Below are positions 47,903 to 56,041 of a DNA stretch of 59,957 bases, in pieces. Within the stretch, counting starts at the first letter, position 1, and each line of letters opens with the position of its first letter. The DNA lies in the IMG/VR virus record IMGVR_UViG_3300025064_000001, one strand, 5' to 3'. Source of the stretch: a virus. Below the pieces are notes generated by a model. That model searched no databases. It worked only from the letters and a program-made list of their open reading frames with translations, and was not told the DNA's origin. Position numbers and translations under genes: made by a program.

Positions 47903-48372
47903 TTGCCCGCCTCCTTCAAAAAACATATCCAATGTGTGTTGCTACGCTTACCGCTGCGATGACCAACGACTGGCTTTTGGTCTGTCAGTGCCAAAATATC
48001 TTTTACTGGAATCTGGCCTTCATTCCATTTGAATATCAGCGTACCGTTGGGCTTGAGCACTCTAAAACATTCTGCAAAACCATCTCGAATCATAATTGGC
48101 CAAGTTTCATCGAGCTTGCCGTATTTGAGTGCCATCCATGAATCCTTGCCAGCTTTACGCAAGTGAGGCGGGTCAAACACAACCATGTGAAATTGCTCAT
48201 CATCAAACTGTAGGTCGGTAAAATCCATTACCATGTCTGGTTCGATAATCAATTCGCGGCCATCGCATAGGGTGTGCTGCTCACTGCGCTTGTCTGTAAA
48301 CACTGCTCTGTCATCCTTTTTATCAAACCAAAACATTCGGCTACCGCAACATGGGTCTAGTATTGTTTTCAT
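47899..48372 (-). CDS. Small SAM-dependent methyltransferase (DPCCGS motif I, FDPPH motif IV), probable orphan DNA methyltransferase
   Basis: Motifs read from the translation. Confidence 0.65.
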   Translation of the reverse strand: MKTILDPCCGSRMFWFDKKDDRAVFTDKRSEQHTLCDGRELIIEPDMVMDFTDLQFDDEQFHMVVFDPPHLRKAGKDSWMALKYGKLDETWPIMIRDGFAECFRVLKPNGTLIFKWNEGQIPVKDILALTDQKPVVGHRSGKRSNTHWICFLKEAGK

Positions 48373-48704
48373 ACCGCCGCCCCTGCCAAATATTGATTCA
48401 CCGCTTCAAGCTTTAGCGCACTTACCAACCCAAAACTATCGCCTTCATCGAACGGTTGAACCTCTACTCGCTTATCATTCACAGTAACAACACCTGACAA
48501 TCCGTTTTTGTTGTAGCTCATAGTGCTCATACGAGCTTCTATCTGCTTAAACATAACGAAATACGTCCAAACTGGCTTATCGCTTTCAAAGCTCAGAAGG
48601 CTGACGATCTCGTTCACACTTAATTCGTCAGTCGCAATATCAGTAAAAACTCTTTTCTTTGTTGTCACGCCATCCGTTATAGATATCTGTGTGTAGTTAC
48701 TCAT
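48369..48704 (-). CDS. 111-aa hypothetical protein
   Basis: ORF with 4-nt overlaps on both sides. Confidence 0.6.
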   Translation of the reverse strand: MSNYTQISITDGVTTKKRVFTDIATDELSVNEIVSLLSFESDKPVWTYFVMFKQIEARMSTMSYNKNGLSGVVTVNDKRVEVQPFDEGDSFGLVSALKLEAVNQYLAGAAV

Positions 48705-49393
48705 ACCGCCACCCTCCGCAACTCTGCCAACTGCTCGCTAATTTTCTTATCTGCTTCACTACCTGCCTGCACTGGCGTATGCTCATAAGCGACTTGATGC
48801 GACTGCGGAATGACAAACGTCTTGCCAGCTTTATGCTCACTCACTACTTGCTCATAAACTTGCTTGAACGTCTTGAAGAAATACTCGGTCGCACTTGCCA
48901 GATTTCCCCATCCAATGCGGTTTGCTGCTTCATAAACCACTTCATGCTTCCAGTCGCGTTCTATGTCACCCTTCATACCGCAATTGGTACAAGCAACTGT
49001 AAAAGCGTCGTTAGCTGTGGGATATGTATCAATCTCACCTAGCTTGCATAGCTGAATAAACTTGTAAGCGCGCTCTACCGGATAATCCTGCTGCTTCATT
49101 GCTTGCCAGCGTCCGCGTTGATACTGTTCTGCGTTGATACCGCTTTCTAGCAGCTCTACCGCCCATTCACGCGCTTTGGCTGGCGTGTAGCGATGTTCTT
49201 TGTTATCAAATAAGGCACCGTATTCTTCTTTGAGTTCTGCGAATAGGTTTAATACCCTAGCTGTAGCAGTCTGTATGGCTGCCGGGCTGTACTTCGATTC
49301 CAAACTCTTCGTTAAACTCTCGCTGCATCCGCTGCTTGTATTCTTCTGTAGTTTCTCTGCGAGGTTTGTTGTTAGCTGAGTAGTGGTTTGCAT
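48701..49393 (-). CDS. Replication protein P-like (helicase-loader candidate). The start is uncertain.
   Basis: RVLNLFAELKEEYGALF...AREWAVELLESGINAEQYQRG...YKFIQLCK resembles the lambda-P family. The first ATG in frame is at 49393, which overlaps the O-like gene by 137 nt. Confidence 0.55.
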   Translation of the reverse strand: MQTTTQLTTNLAEKLQKNTSSGCSESLTKSLESKYSPAAIQTATARVLNLFAELKEEYGALFDNKEHRYTPAKAREWAVELLESGINAEQYQRGRWQAMKQQDYPVERAYKFIQLCKLGEIDTYPTANDAFTVACTNCGMKGDIERDWKHEVVYEAANRIGWGNLASATEYFFKTFKQVYEQVVSEHKAGKTFVIPQSHQVAYEHTPVQAGSEADKKISEQLAELRRVAV

Positions 49394-50087
49394 GAGTGTT
49401 CCCCTGAGTGATTGTCTTGCGTTTGCGCTCAAATACCGTTTGATAGTCGCCTGTGATTGAGTAGTCCAATGAGTCGTTAACATCAAAACCATCTTCATCC
49501 AATTTGATTATTTTATTAACCAAGCGCTTACAAGCTGTTTCTGTGAGAGGTTTTTTAATCCTCTTTCTCATTTCTACAAAATCATTCCAATTTTCTTTAT
49601 CAACAAAACTAGGTACTGGGTAACTAAGAGCATCAAAAGCAGACTTATCTTTTTTTGCCCCTACTTCTTTATTGATAGGTTCATTGATAGGTTCATTGAT
49701 AGGTTCGGGTGCAGCTCCTTCACTACCTAGTGAATCTCCTTCACTACCCTCGACGCTCATTTGCACTAGTGCAGCATTTGCACCACCCTCTAGTGGTGAA
49801 TCATTTGCACTACCCTTAGACAAGGTTAAGTGATACTTATTGCTAAAATTCTTGCCAGCATCTTTGTTGTATCGTTTCTCAATACGGAGAAACCCTTGTT
49901 TTTCTAGCTTCTGAATATGAGTAATGACTGAGCGCTTGCTGATCTCGCAAGTCTTAGCAATAGACTCATAACTAGGCCAGCACACACCTTCGTCATTAGC
50001 CTGGTCTGCAAGCTTGATAAGTATTATCTTGCGCAATGGGCTGCCGACTTTAATATCCATCACTTGTGCTACTAATTTAAAGCTCAT
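49257..50087 (-). CDS. Replication initiator O-like protein (N-terminal winged-helix domain, repeat linker, C-terminal domain)
   Basis: LRKIILIKLADQANDEGVCWPSYESIAKTCEISKRSVITHIQKLEKQGFL. Contains the tandem iterons. Lies upstream of the P-like gene. Confidence 0.7.
   Translation of the reverse strand: MSFKLVAQVMDIKVGSPLRKIILIKLADQANDEGVCWPSYESIAKTCEISKRSVITHIQKLEKQGFLRIEKRYNKDAGKNFSNKYHLTLSKGSANDSPLEGGANAALVQMSVEGSEGDSLGSEGAAPEPINEPINEPINKEVGAKKDKSAFDALSYPVPSFVDKENWNDFVEMRKRIKKPLTETACKRLVNKIIKLDEDGFDVNDSLDYSITGDYQTVFERKRKTITQGNTHANHYSANNKPRRETTEEYKQRMQREFNEEFGIEVQPGSHTDCYS
49671..49706. repeat. Three exact tandem 12-bp repeats (ATTGATAGGTTC), candidate origin iterons inside the O-like gene
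   Basis: Read directly. They encode EPINEPINEPIN in the interdomain linker. A T-rich tract (TTTTTTGCCCCTACTTCTTT) is adjacent. Confidence 0.6.
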
Positions 50088-50395
50088 GGCTCCAACTCCA
50101 ATTTCTTAAACTCAACCGTCCATACCCACTGGCCGCTATCTTTATCACGCTGTAAGCCTATATCTGTAACCTCATACGCTGGCTGGTTACCAAGCAGTCT
50201 TAAACCCTTCTCGCTTAAGATAAACTCCAAGCGGTCGCCTATCGCTAAGCTTGGATGATCCATTCCTGAACGTGGATAAGTGCCTTTTCTCACCAGTGTA
50301 GTAAAGCCACTAGATGATCCTTTTGCAGCTGACCTTTGGAAGTGTCTGTCAGCGATAACTCGATGCAACCTTGGTCTGATACCAATGACAGCCAT
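50084..50395 (-). CDS. 103-aa hypothetical protein
   Basis: ORF coupled to its neighbours by overlaps. Confidence 0.6.
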   Translation of the reverse strand: MAVIGIRPRLHRVIADRHFQRSAAKGSSSGFTTLVRKGTYPRSGMDHPSLAIGDRLEFILSEKGLRLLGNQPAYEVTDIGLQRDKDSGQWVWTVEFKKLELEP

Positions 50396-51144
50396 TACAC
50401 TAGCTCCGCTTCACGACTACGCTCTTTCTCAAGCATCTCTGCAATCTTAGCCACGCCAGCCGGGGTAAATTTAACTCTAGGCTCTGCTCTATCACGCCCA
50501 TCATGACCAACGAACGACTGTAGCTTCTGCGTCATCAATCCCGCACTGGTGCGATGTGAGTACGCATTAAGCACGCCTCTATCATCGCGATACATAAAGC
50601 GACGGCTCATAGGCTTGGTATCATCAACACACCACGCTACAAAGTCGTTCTGACGCATACCAACAGCTTTAGCGGTATCACGAATACCAGTAGCGCCTTT
50701 TGAGCTGCTGATACGTGCCAGCGCTTCGGCCTTTGGTTTTAGCTCGATGACCTGAGCTTGTGCGACCTGCTTTTCTTCTTCGCTGCTCACTAACGCCTTT
50801 AGTGCCGATAAATAATCTTGTGGTAAGGCGATAACTGGCTGGCTAGCACTTACTTGCTGTTCTAACTCTTGCCAGCGGCGATTAATACGAATACGGATAT
50901 CAGCGCGATAACCGGTTATTAGATCAATCGTCTGCTCTTTACTAAGTAGGTATTGACGATAACTTTGTCCATTATCAGCAATGTAATTTGACTGCCCAAC
51001 TTTGGGCAGTGCCATTCCTGCATAGGTTGCGTTAAGATCATCGATATCGCGCAATACGTGCCGATGCTCTTTGACGCATAGTTCCGCTATTTCACGACTA
51101 CTCATTGTTTTGCTTACTTCATTTACTTGCATAATGTCGTTCAT
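50395..51144 (-). CDS. Rha-family / KilAC-domain antirepressor-like regulator
   Basis: N-terminus MSSREIAELCVKEHRHVLRDIDDL (Rha-like). The C-terminal half is typical of KilA-C/ANT domains (GIRDTAKAVGMRQNDFVAW). Confidence 0.7.
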   Translation of the reverse strand: MNDIMQVNEVSKTMSSREIAELCVKEHRHVLRDIDDLNATYAGMALPKVGQSNYIADNGQSYRQYLLSKEQTIDLITGYRADIRIRINRRWQELEQQVSASQPVIALPQDYLSALKALVSSEEEKQVAQAQVIELKPKAEALARISSSKGATGIRDTAKAVGMRQNDFVAWCVDDTKPMSRRFMYRDDRGVLNAYSHRTSAGLMTQKLQSFVGHDGRDRAEPRVKFTPAGVAKIAEMLEKERSREAELV

Positions 51145-51178
51145 GGATATATACTCCGATTACAGGTTAAGTTTGTTA

Positions 51179-51212
51179 AACGCTCTCAGTTCGTGCTGAC
51201 GAGCGTTTTTTA
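51179..51212 (+). terminator. Plus-strand-oriented rho-independent terminator between two minus-strand genes
   Basis: AACGCTCTCAG-ttcgtg-CTGA(c)GAGCGTT followed by TTTTTT. Only TTTAAC follows on the - strand. Confidence 0.6.
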
Positions 51213-52121
51213 TTGCCCAGCTTTCGCCTTTCGTTCTTCCAAAAAATCGAGCGCTTGCAACAAATCGCCTACTTCTTTGAGCTTAGCTTTGCGCTTTTCT
51301 TCGTCCATGATGAATATCCAGCCATGCACAGAACGACTCTCAAACACGGTATAAACGTCCAAGTCGTGTATCTCAGCCAATGCTGCAATCGTTCGCGATG
51401 CAACTTTAGCGCTGCTATCGATATCACTTGCCAGCACAAGCTTCTTGCTAAGTAATGCGGTTAGCATTTTTTGCTTTTCTTCAGCATAGCCACTGATAGG
51501 CTCTGGCAATTCATAGCGCTCAAAGTCATCTAAGACAAAGTAAGAAGTGTTGCTTCTGACGCGCTGTATGCGTGCAATGACCAGTCCTTTCACGCGGCCA
51601 ATCCAGCGAATATCGGTGTACTGCGTTTGATACTCTGCATAGCCACCTTCGCACCGCTTTTGCGGTATCTGCTCAATCTTGCCACCTGATTTAAGCGTAC
51701 TTATCATAGCCATACGTCTTTCGATTGCTGCTGCTTCATCAAACGCCGCTTTACTGCTATTGCGTTTTGCGTACTTGCGCTTTGGCGCTGCTGCTGGTCT
51801 GACTGTTTTGCTTTTAACGCCTTTAGATAACACTGGCGTGCGCTCTTTCTTTTGACGCAATACCGCTGTGCCGTCATTCAGTCTTGCCAGCGCTGCTTGA
51901 TGTTCTGCTTGCGCTCTTGCCTCTGCTTCTCTGCGTTTCTGTCCTTGGAGAGCTACAAATAGCTGATCGTTAGTACGCTGAATTTTGCGTTTTGGCGCGT
52001 CTGGTGCATCAAGGTCTGTTGCGCCCACTTCTTCTAAGTATTCAGCTACCGCTGATTGACAGTCAGGATTAACTGGTTTTGGATAATTGCTAATATCTGA
52101 AAATATCTGTTCTCTTAACAT
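51210..52121 (-). CDS. 303-aa hypothetical early protein with a basic central region
   Basis: ATG at 52121 in a TGATG overlap with the upstream stop. Confidence 0.65.
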   Translation of the reverse strand: MLREQIFSDISNYPKPVNPDCQSAVAEYLEEVGATDLDAPDAPKRKIQRTNDQLFVALQGQKRREAEARAQAEHQAALARLNDGTAVLRQKKERTPVLSKGVKSKTVRPAAAPKRKYAKRNSSKAAFDEAAAIERRMAMISTLKSGGKIEQIPQKRCEGGYAEYQTQYTDIRWIGRVKGLVIARIQRVRSNTSYFVLDDFERYELPEPISGYAEEKQKMLTALLSKKLVLASDIDSSAKVASRTIAALAEIHDLDVYTVFESRSVHGWIFIMDEEKRKAKLKEVGDLLQALDFLEERKAKAGQ

Positions 52122-52330
52122 CACTGCCCCCACATTCTGTATAACGTTGTCAGCACAATTAATACGGCTGCTACGTGGACCAATATATAAACGACTTTCC
52201 AAAACGCCTTGTCGTCTGCTTCTTTGTCACTTTCTTCTTGCGAGCAATCACTGACCGCTTCACTTGCCAGCGCTGCTAAGCGTTCGCGCTCTTGTTCGCA
52301 AGAAAATAGACTTCTATCCGTTGATTTCAC
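52121..52330 (-). CDS. 69-aa protein with a C-terminal TM helix
   Basis: ORF. Contains FWKVVYILVHVAAVLIVLTTLY. Confidence 0.55.
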   Translation of the reverse strand: MKSTDRSLFSCEQERERLAALASEAVSDCSQEESDKEADDKAFWKVVYILVHVAAVLIVLTTLYRMWGQ

Positions 52331-52361
52331 CTTTGTCTCCTTTTCGGTGCCTTAAAAACAC

Positions 52362-52547
52362 CTATTTGATAATCTGGATTGGTTCAGGATTTTGAATGCG
52401 CTTGCGAATATCGTCTTTGGACTTCTTGACGAACTGGTTGGCGGCGTGGGCCGTAAACTCTTCTACGGTCATTCCCTTTTGTGCTGCCGCCCATCGCAAC
52501 TGCTTCATTTCTTCATCGTTTTTAAATTCCGTTTCTATATCAGGCAT
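52362..52547 (-). CDS. 61-aa small early protein (possible ribbon-helix-helix)
   Basis: ORF in operon context. Confidence 0.5.
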   Translation of the reverse strand: MPDIETEFKNDEEMKQLRWAAAQKGMTVEEFTAHAANQFVKKSKDDIRKRIQNPEPIQIIK

Positions 52548-52577
52548 AGACCTCCCCTTGTGGTAACCGAAAAACGC

Positions 52578-52778
52578 CTAAACTGCGTCTTCATAATCGG
52601 TTAGGTTTCGTTCAAACTCAGCTTTAATCTCAGCGACAAGCTTCATCGTTGCTTTACGGACTAGCGTGCTTTTTTGTAGACCAGTCAGACCAGTGACGCG
52701 GATTAAATCCTCGTACTCGTCGTCACTGAAACGCGCATTGATACGGTTGTCTTTGATGTGTTTCGGGTCGTCGTACAT
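52578..52778 (-). CDS. 66-aa ribbon-helix-helix-like protein
   Basis: RINARFSDDEYEDLIRVTGLTGLQKSTLVRKA pattern. Confidence 0.55.
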   Translation of the reverse strand: MYDDPKHIKDNRINARFSDDEYEDLIRVTGLTGLQKSTLVRKATMKLVAEIKAEFERNLTDYEDAV

Positions 52779-52781
52779 GAG

Positions 52782-53006
52782 TTACGCCTCCTCTTGTATG
52801 TATGTTTCAACGTGCTGAACATCATCGATGCTTTTAGGCATGAATATTTCTGGGTGGTCGATTTTTGCGTCTTTCGAGATGCCACGTTTAACCCAGTTAT
52901 GAACTGTGTTGTTTTTATAACCAAGCGCGTCAGAGATAGCCTTTACACCGCCCAATCTCTCAATGACTTGCTTATCGAACTCTTTTTTAGATTTCATGTT
53001 TTTCAC
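52782..53006 (-). CDS. Cro-like HTH repressor (GTG start)
   Basis: GGVKAISDALGYKNNTVHNWVKRG. Divergent from the CI-like gene. GGAG lies 6 nt before the GTG. Confidence 0.7.
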   Translation of the reverse strand: MKNMKSKKEFDKQVIERLGGVKAISDALGYKNNTVHNWVKRGISKDAKIDHPEIFMPKSIDDVQHVETYIQEEA

Positions 53007-53021
53007 ATCTAACTCCTATAG

Positions 53022-53112
53022 TCACATGACATGATAAATATTATCACATAGTGTGAAATAAAAGGCAATAAACAATTTTTTCTTGTGAAACAAAGTTACT
53101 CACACGTTGTGT
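53022..53112. promoter_or_regulatory. Immunity-region operators: TCAC-N5-GTGA at 53044-53056 (perfect), 53100-53112 and 53022-34 (one mismatch each)
   Basis: Read directly. The perfect site overlaps the -10 of the rightward promoter. Confidence 0.6.
53040..53068 (-). promoter_or_regulatory. PR-like promoter for the cro operon (TTGCCT-17 nt-GATAAT)
   Basis: Hexamers at 53063-53068 and 53040-53045 on the - strand. Confidence 0.5.
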
Positions 53113-53148
53113 AAAATACTTATAACAGGATTGATAACGAGGTGACTC

Positions 53149-53856
53149 ATGCACGAGAGTATGAAAAGACTTCAAGAAGTCGCAAAAACAGATAAAAACT
53201 CTGATATTTCTCGCGACTTGAATGTCGGTGCCTCTACCGTAGCAAACTGGGTTAAAAGAGGTGTGTCCAAAGAAGGTGCTTTAGCGGCAGCCGCTAAATA
53301 CGATAGCGATGCTAATTACATATTAGACGGCGTTCAAGAAACTAAGCCCTCCATCGCTAGTCTTAGAAGTAAAATACACGCTATCCAAAATGGTAGCGAC
53401 GACAGTCAACCAGCGCCATTAGGCACTAAAAACATACCAATGGCTGAAAACTCAGATAAGGTGCCTATTCTTAGCTGGGTCGCGGCTGGTAGCTGGTCTA
53501 ACGTTGAGGCAGTGACTTTTGATGATGCTATAGGGAAGGTGTCGAGACCAAATAACTTATCAAAAAACGGCTTTGCCTTAATTGTACGCGGCGAAAGCAT
53601 GTTACCTAAGTTTGATCCTGACGATATTATCTATGTAGAGCCTGAGACTGGATTGTTTGCATTAAAGAATAATGACCTTGTGGTCGTCCAGTGCAATGGA
53701 GACACAGAGGCGACATTTAAGCAGTTGGTTATTGGCGAAACCTCGGATGATATGTATTTAAGACCACTTAACCCTAATTGGCATGAACAGAAGATGATGC
53801 CAATGGGTGACTGTAATTTGGTTGGCAAAGTGGTGGGTAAGTATGTTGAATTCTAA
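53149..53856 (+). CDS. CI-like repressor: N-terminal HTH plus C-terminal S24/LexA-type autopeptidase
   Basis: VGASTVANWVKRG (HTH). FALIVRGESMLPKF (Ser) and LVGKVVG (Lys) are spaced as in LexA/CI. GAGGTG RBS. Confidence 0.85.
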   Translation: MHESMKRLQEVAKTDKNSDISRDLNVGASTVANWVKRGVSKEGALAAAAKYDSDANYILDGVQETKPSIASLRSKIHAIQNGSDDSQPAPLGTKNIPMAENSDKVPILSWVAAGSWSNVEAVTFDDAIGKVSRPNNLSKNGFALIVRGESMLPKFDPDDIIYVEPETGLFALKNNDLVVVQCNGDTEATFKQLVIGETSDDMYLRPLNPNWHEQKMMPMGDCNLVGKVVGKYVEF

Positions 53857-53976
53857 CGAGTGGGCTTATATATGGGTTTGTCACTTGATACAGCACTCAA
53901 AGCTAGTGACAGAGTTACCGCATGGTTGGTGCGTCTATAGAGAGGCGTTAGATTGGGATTAATGTAAATAATAGAT

Positions 53977-54004
53977 AAAACCGTCATTTATGGCGGTTTT
54001 TTTT
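53977..54004 (+). terminator. Rho-independent terminator after the repressor gene
   Basis: AAAACCGTCA-ttta-TGGCGGTTTT followed by a T-run. Confidence 0.75.
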
Positions 54005-54015
54005 CGTCTGTATTT

Positions 54016-54088
54016 TCACACCAAGAGATAATATAATCACGTTATGTGATATTTGTTATTGACTTATTTTCACATGGCGTGATAGTAT
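54016..54088 (+). promoter_or_regulatory. PL-like early promoter (TTGACT-18 nt-TAGTAT, 54059-54088) with operators TCAC-N5-GTGA at 54037-54049 and 54070-54082, and a weaker site at 54016-54028
   Basis: Read directly. The operator at 54070 lies within the promoter spacer. Confidence 0.6.
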
Positions 54089-54174
54089 TATCACATCAAA
54101 ACGGCAATCGCCCTGCGAGCAATCGCTAAAACTATTTAATAACGGTCTATGACCACTACTACGGAGATAAAGGC

Positions 54175-54429
54175 ATGGCATGTAAATGTATTGATGAATT
54201 ACCTGCAAAGATTATGGCTCATTGCAATCAGCAGAAAGAGTATCAAGCCAAACCAGTAATAGATGCCTCTTTTAAAGACATTGTGTTCCCGATAATAAAC
54301 GGCGAGATGTTCGATGCGCTAAAAGCGGATGTGTTACTCATCGTAGATGGGCGACGAACGCCAAAGAAAACAACTATGACGTTCGTTTACTGCCCTTTTT
54401 GCGGCGTGAAGTATCAGGAGAATGTATGA
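54175..54429 (+). CDS. 84-aa Cys-containing early protein
   Basis: ORF preceded by ACTACTACGGAGA with GGAG 8 nt before the ATG. Confidence 0.7.
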   Translation: MACKCIDELPAKIMAHCNQQKEYQAKPVIDASFKDIVFPIINGEMFDALKADVLLIVDGRRTPKKTTMTFVYCPFCGVKYQENV

Positions 54430-54653
54430 GCGAAGAAACCATCATCAAAAAACTGTCAGACGGTGCAACCGTAAAGATTAGTCATTACCAAGAAAAGAAA
54501 GTGAGCTTGAACTTAGTTACTGGTAATTCACGCACAAGTCGAATTGACCATTACGAGTTTATAACTGAATCAAACGGCAAGCAAAAGAAAACGAAGATAC
54601 CTAAGCGTCTATATGTTGCGCTACGTGCATTTGAGATAGACCCGAAATTTTAA
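54426..54653 (+). CDS. 75-aa hypothetical early protein (ATGA overlap start)
   Basis: ATG at 54426 overlaps the upstream TGA. Confidence 0.6.
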   Translation: MSEETIIKKLSDGATVKISHYQEKKVSLNLVTGNSRTSRIDHYEFITESNGKQKKTKIPKRLYVALRAFEIDPKF

Positions 54654-54733
54654 AACCAGTTATTACAACATAGCCGATTGCTCGCAGTCGTCTATCTCGT
54701 AACAACTCACTCAATCACATAAGGAATAACTTA

Positions 54734-54907
54734 ATGAGCAATCAATCAGAACAGTTAAGCCGACGCGACCAGTTAGCGGCGGCAGCCATGCAAGGTCTTA
54801 TTAAGGCGCACGCTGGCAAGCAAGTGAGTAGCGTTCAGATAGCGCTGTCAGCAGTGCAACACGCTGATTCATTAATTGCCGCGCTTAGCCTCAAAAAACA
54901 GGCATAA
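54734..54907 (+). CDS. 57-aa hypothetical protein (below the ORF-track cut-off)
   Basis: AAGGA lies 8 nt before the ATG. Translation is MSNQSEQLSRRDQLAAAAMQGLIKAH... Confidence 0.5.
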   Translation: MSNQSEQLSRRDQLAAAAMQGLIKAHAGKQVSSVQIALSAVQHADSLIAALSLKKQA

Positions 54908-54964
54908 AAAAAGCCCCAATCAGATGCAACTGACTAGGACTTCAAACTACTACGGAGACCCATT

Positions 54965-55246
54965 ATGGAACAATTATTAAAGTTAGTCAACGTCGAGCTG
55001 ACTGCAAAGCTCGCAATATCCGCCCTACTCGCCAGCGCCGTCATTGCTACGGGTGCGAGTGCCCTAGCAACTGGTATCGAAGCGCAAGACCAGGTGCATT
55101 TAGAGCACAAGCTTTATCTGGAAGATAACACCAATCCGGACGCTGACGATGATATGAGTTGGGAAGAATATCAAGCCAGCCAGCAGGCCAAGGAAGCGGC
55201 GCACGCCAATGATTTTATCGCTAAGGCGTATGGGAGAAAGTCATGA
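54965..55246 (+). CDS. 93-aa protein with one TM helix
   Basis: ORF preceded by ACTACTACGGAGA. Confidence 0.65.
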   Translation: MEQLLKLVNVELTAKLAISALLASAVIATGASALATGIEAQDQVHLEHKLYLEDNTNPDADDDMSWEEYQASQQAKEAAHANDFIAKAYGRKS

Positions 55247-55701
55247 GCTTAGTTGATTTAACTGAATTGGCGAACAACTTGAACACGCAAGACAACCTCG
55301 CCACCCAGCACCCTTTTTACTGCATCTACTCTAAGCGTTCTATTTACATAGAAGATGGTTATGGCGGCATCGAGACAAAAGATGTGTGGGTTGCCGCTGA
55401 TGACTACTGCGAAGTAGAAGATGAGCTTTCAGAGGCGCTATCTGTAATCTCAGAAGGGTATAGCTCGGTGGAGGTTACTGTTGATGACTGTAAGACACAG
55501 TATCACCGAAAGACTGTAGGAGTGATTCCTCAGTTTGAAACCGCTTGCCTCACTCGCGCTGGTGCAGATGCTTATCTTGCTGCTAATAGTCACAATTTAA
55601 ACCAGCCATACATTCACGTCCACTCTCTTAATCGTAATGACGAAATGATTGGCTTGCGTGAACACGTCATCAATAACTTCTCAGGAGAAAGTCATGAGTA
55701 G
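55243..55701 (+). CDS. 152-aa hypothetical early protein
   Basis: ORF with a 4-nt overlap. Confidence 0.7.
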   Translation: MSLVDLTELANNLNTQDNLATQHPFYCIYSKRSIYIEDGYGGIETKDVWVAADDYCEVEDELSEALSVISEGYSSVEVTVDDCKTQYHRKTVGVIPQFETACLTRAGADAYLAANSHNLNQPYIHVHSLNRNDEMIGLREHVINNFSGESHE

Positions 55702-56041
55702 CAGAATCAGCTATAAAACGATGACCGACGCCGAGCTTATCGATGAAGGTCTTGATTGCGACCCTGATAGCTTAGCTTATGAGTTGGCTGTCACGTTGGA
55801 TGTACTGCCAATCAATCATGGTTCAGTACAAATTGATGATGATGGTTCTTGTGATGGTTGTGACGAGTTGCAAAACGAAATCCATCATCTTGAGTATGAA
55901 GTTTCTCGCTTAGAGAGTGACTTGGAGGAGCTGGATATCGACACTCTCATTGCTGGCGCAAAGAAAGCGAAAGAAGCAGTTAAGAAAGCACATGACAAGC
56001 TTAACTACTTGTTTGGGCTGGGAGGCGACGATCATGAGTGA
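55694..56041 (+). CDS. 115-aa acidic coiled-coil protein
   Basis: ATG at 55694 with a GGAGAAAG RBS. Confidence 0.6.
   Translation: MSSRISYKTMTDAELIDEGLDCDPDSLAYELAVTLDVLPINHGSVQIDDDGSCDGCDELQNEIHHLEYEVSRLESDLEELDIDTLIAGAKKAKEAVKKAHDKLNYLFGLGGDDHE

Noticed and set aside
48701-49498. The full 265-aa version of the P-like ORF given in the track.
   Set aside because: Its first ~35 codons overlap the O-like gene in another frame and translate to an implausible Thr/Gln-rich leader. The start was moved to 49393 but remains uncertain.
49671-49706. The tandem 12-bp repeats as a CRISPR-like or minisatellite array.
   Set aside because: The copies are contiguous with no spacers, lie in frame inside a coding region, and number only three. 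The iteron or linker-repeat interpretation fits better.
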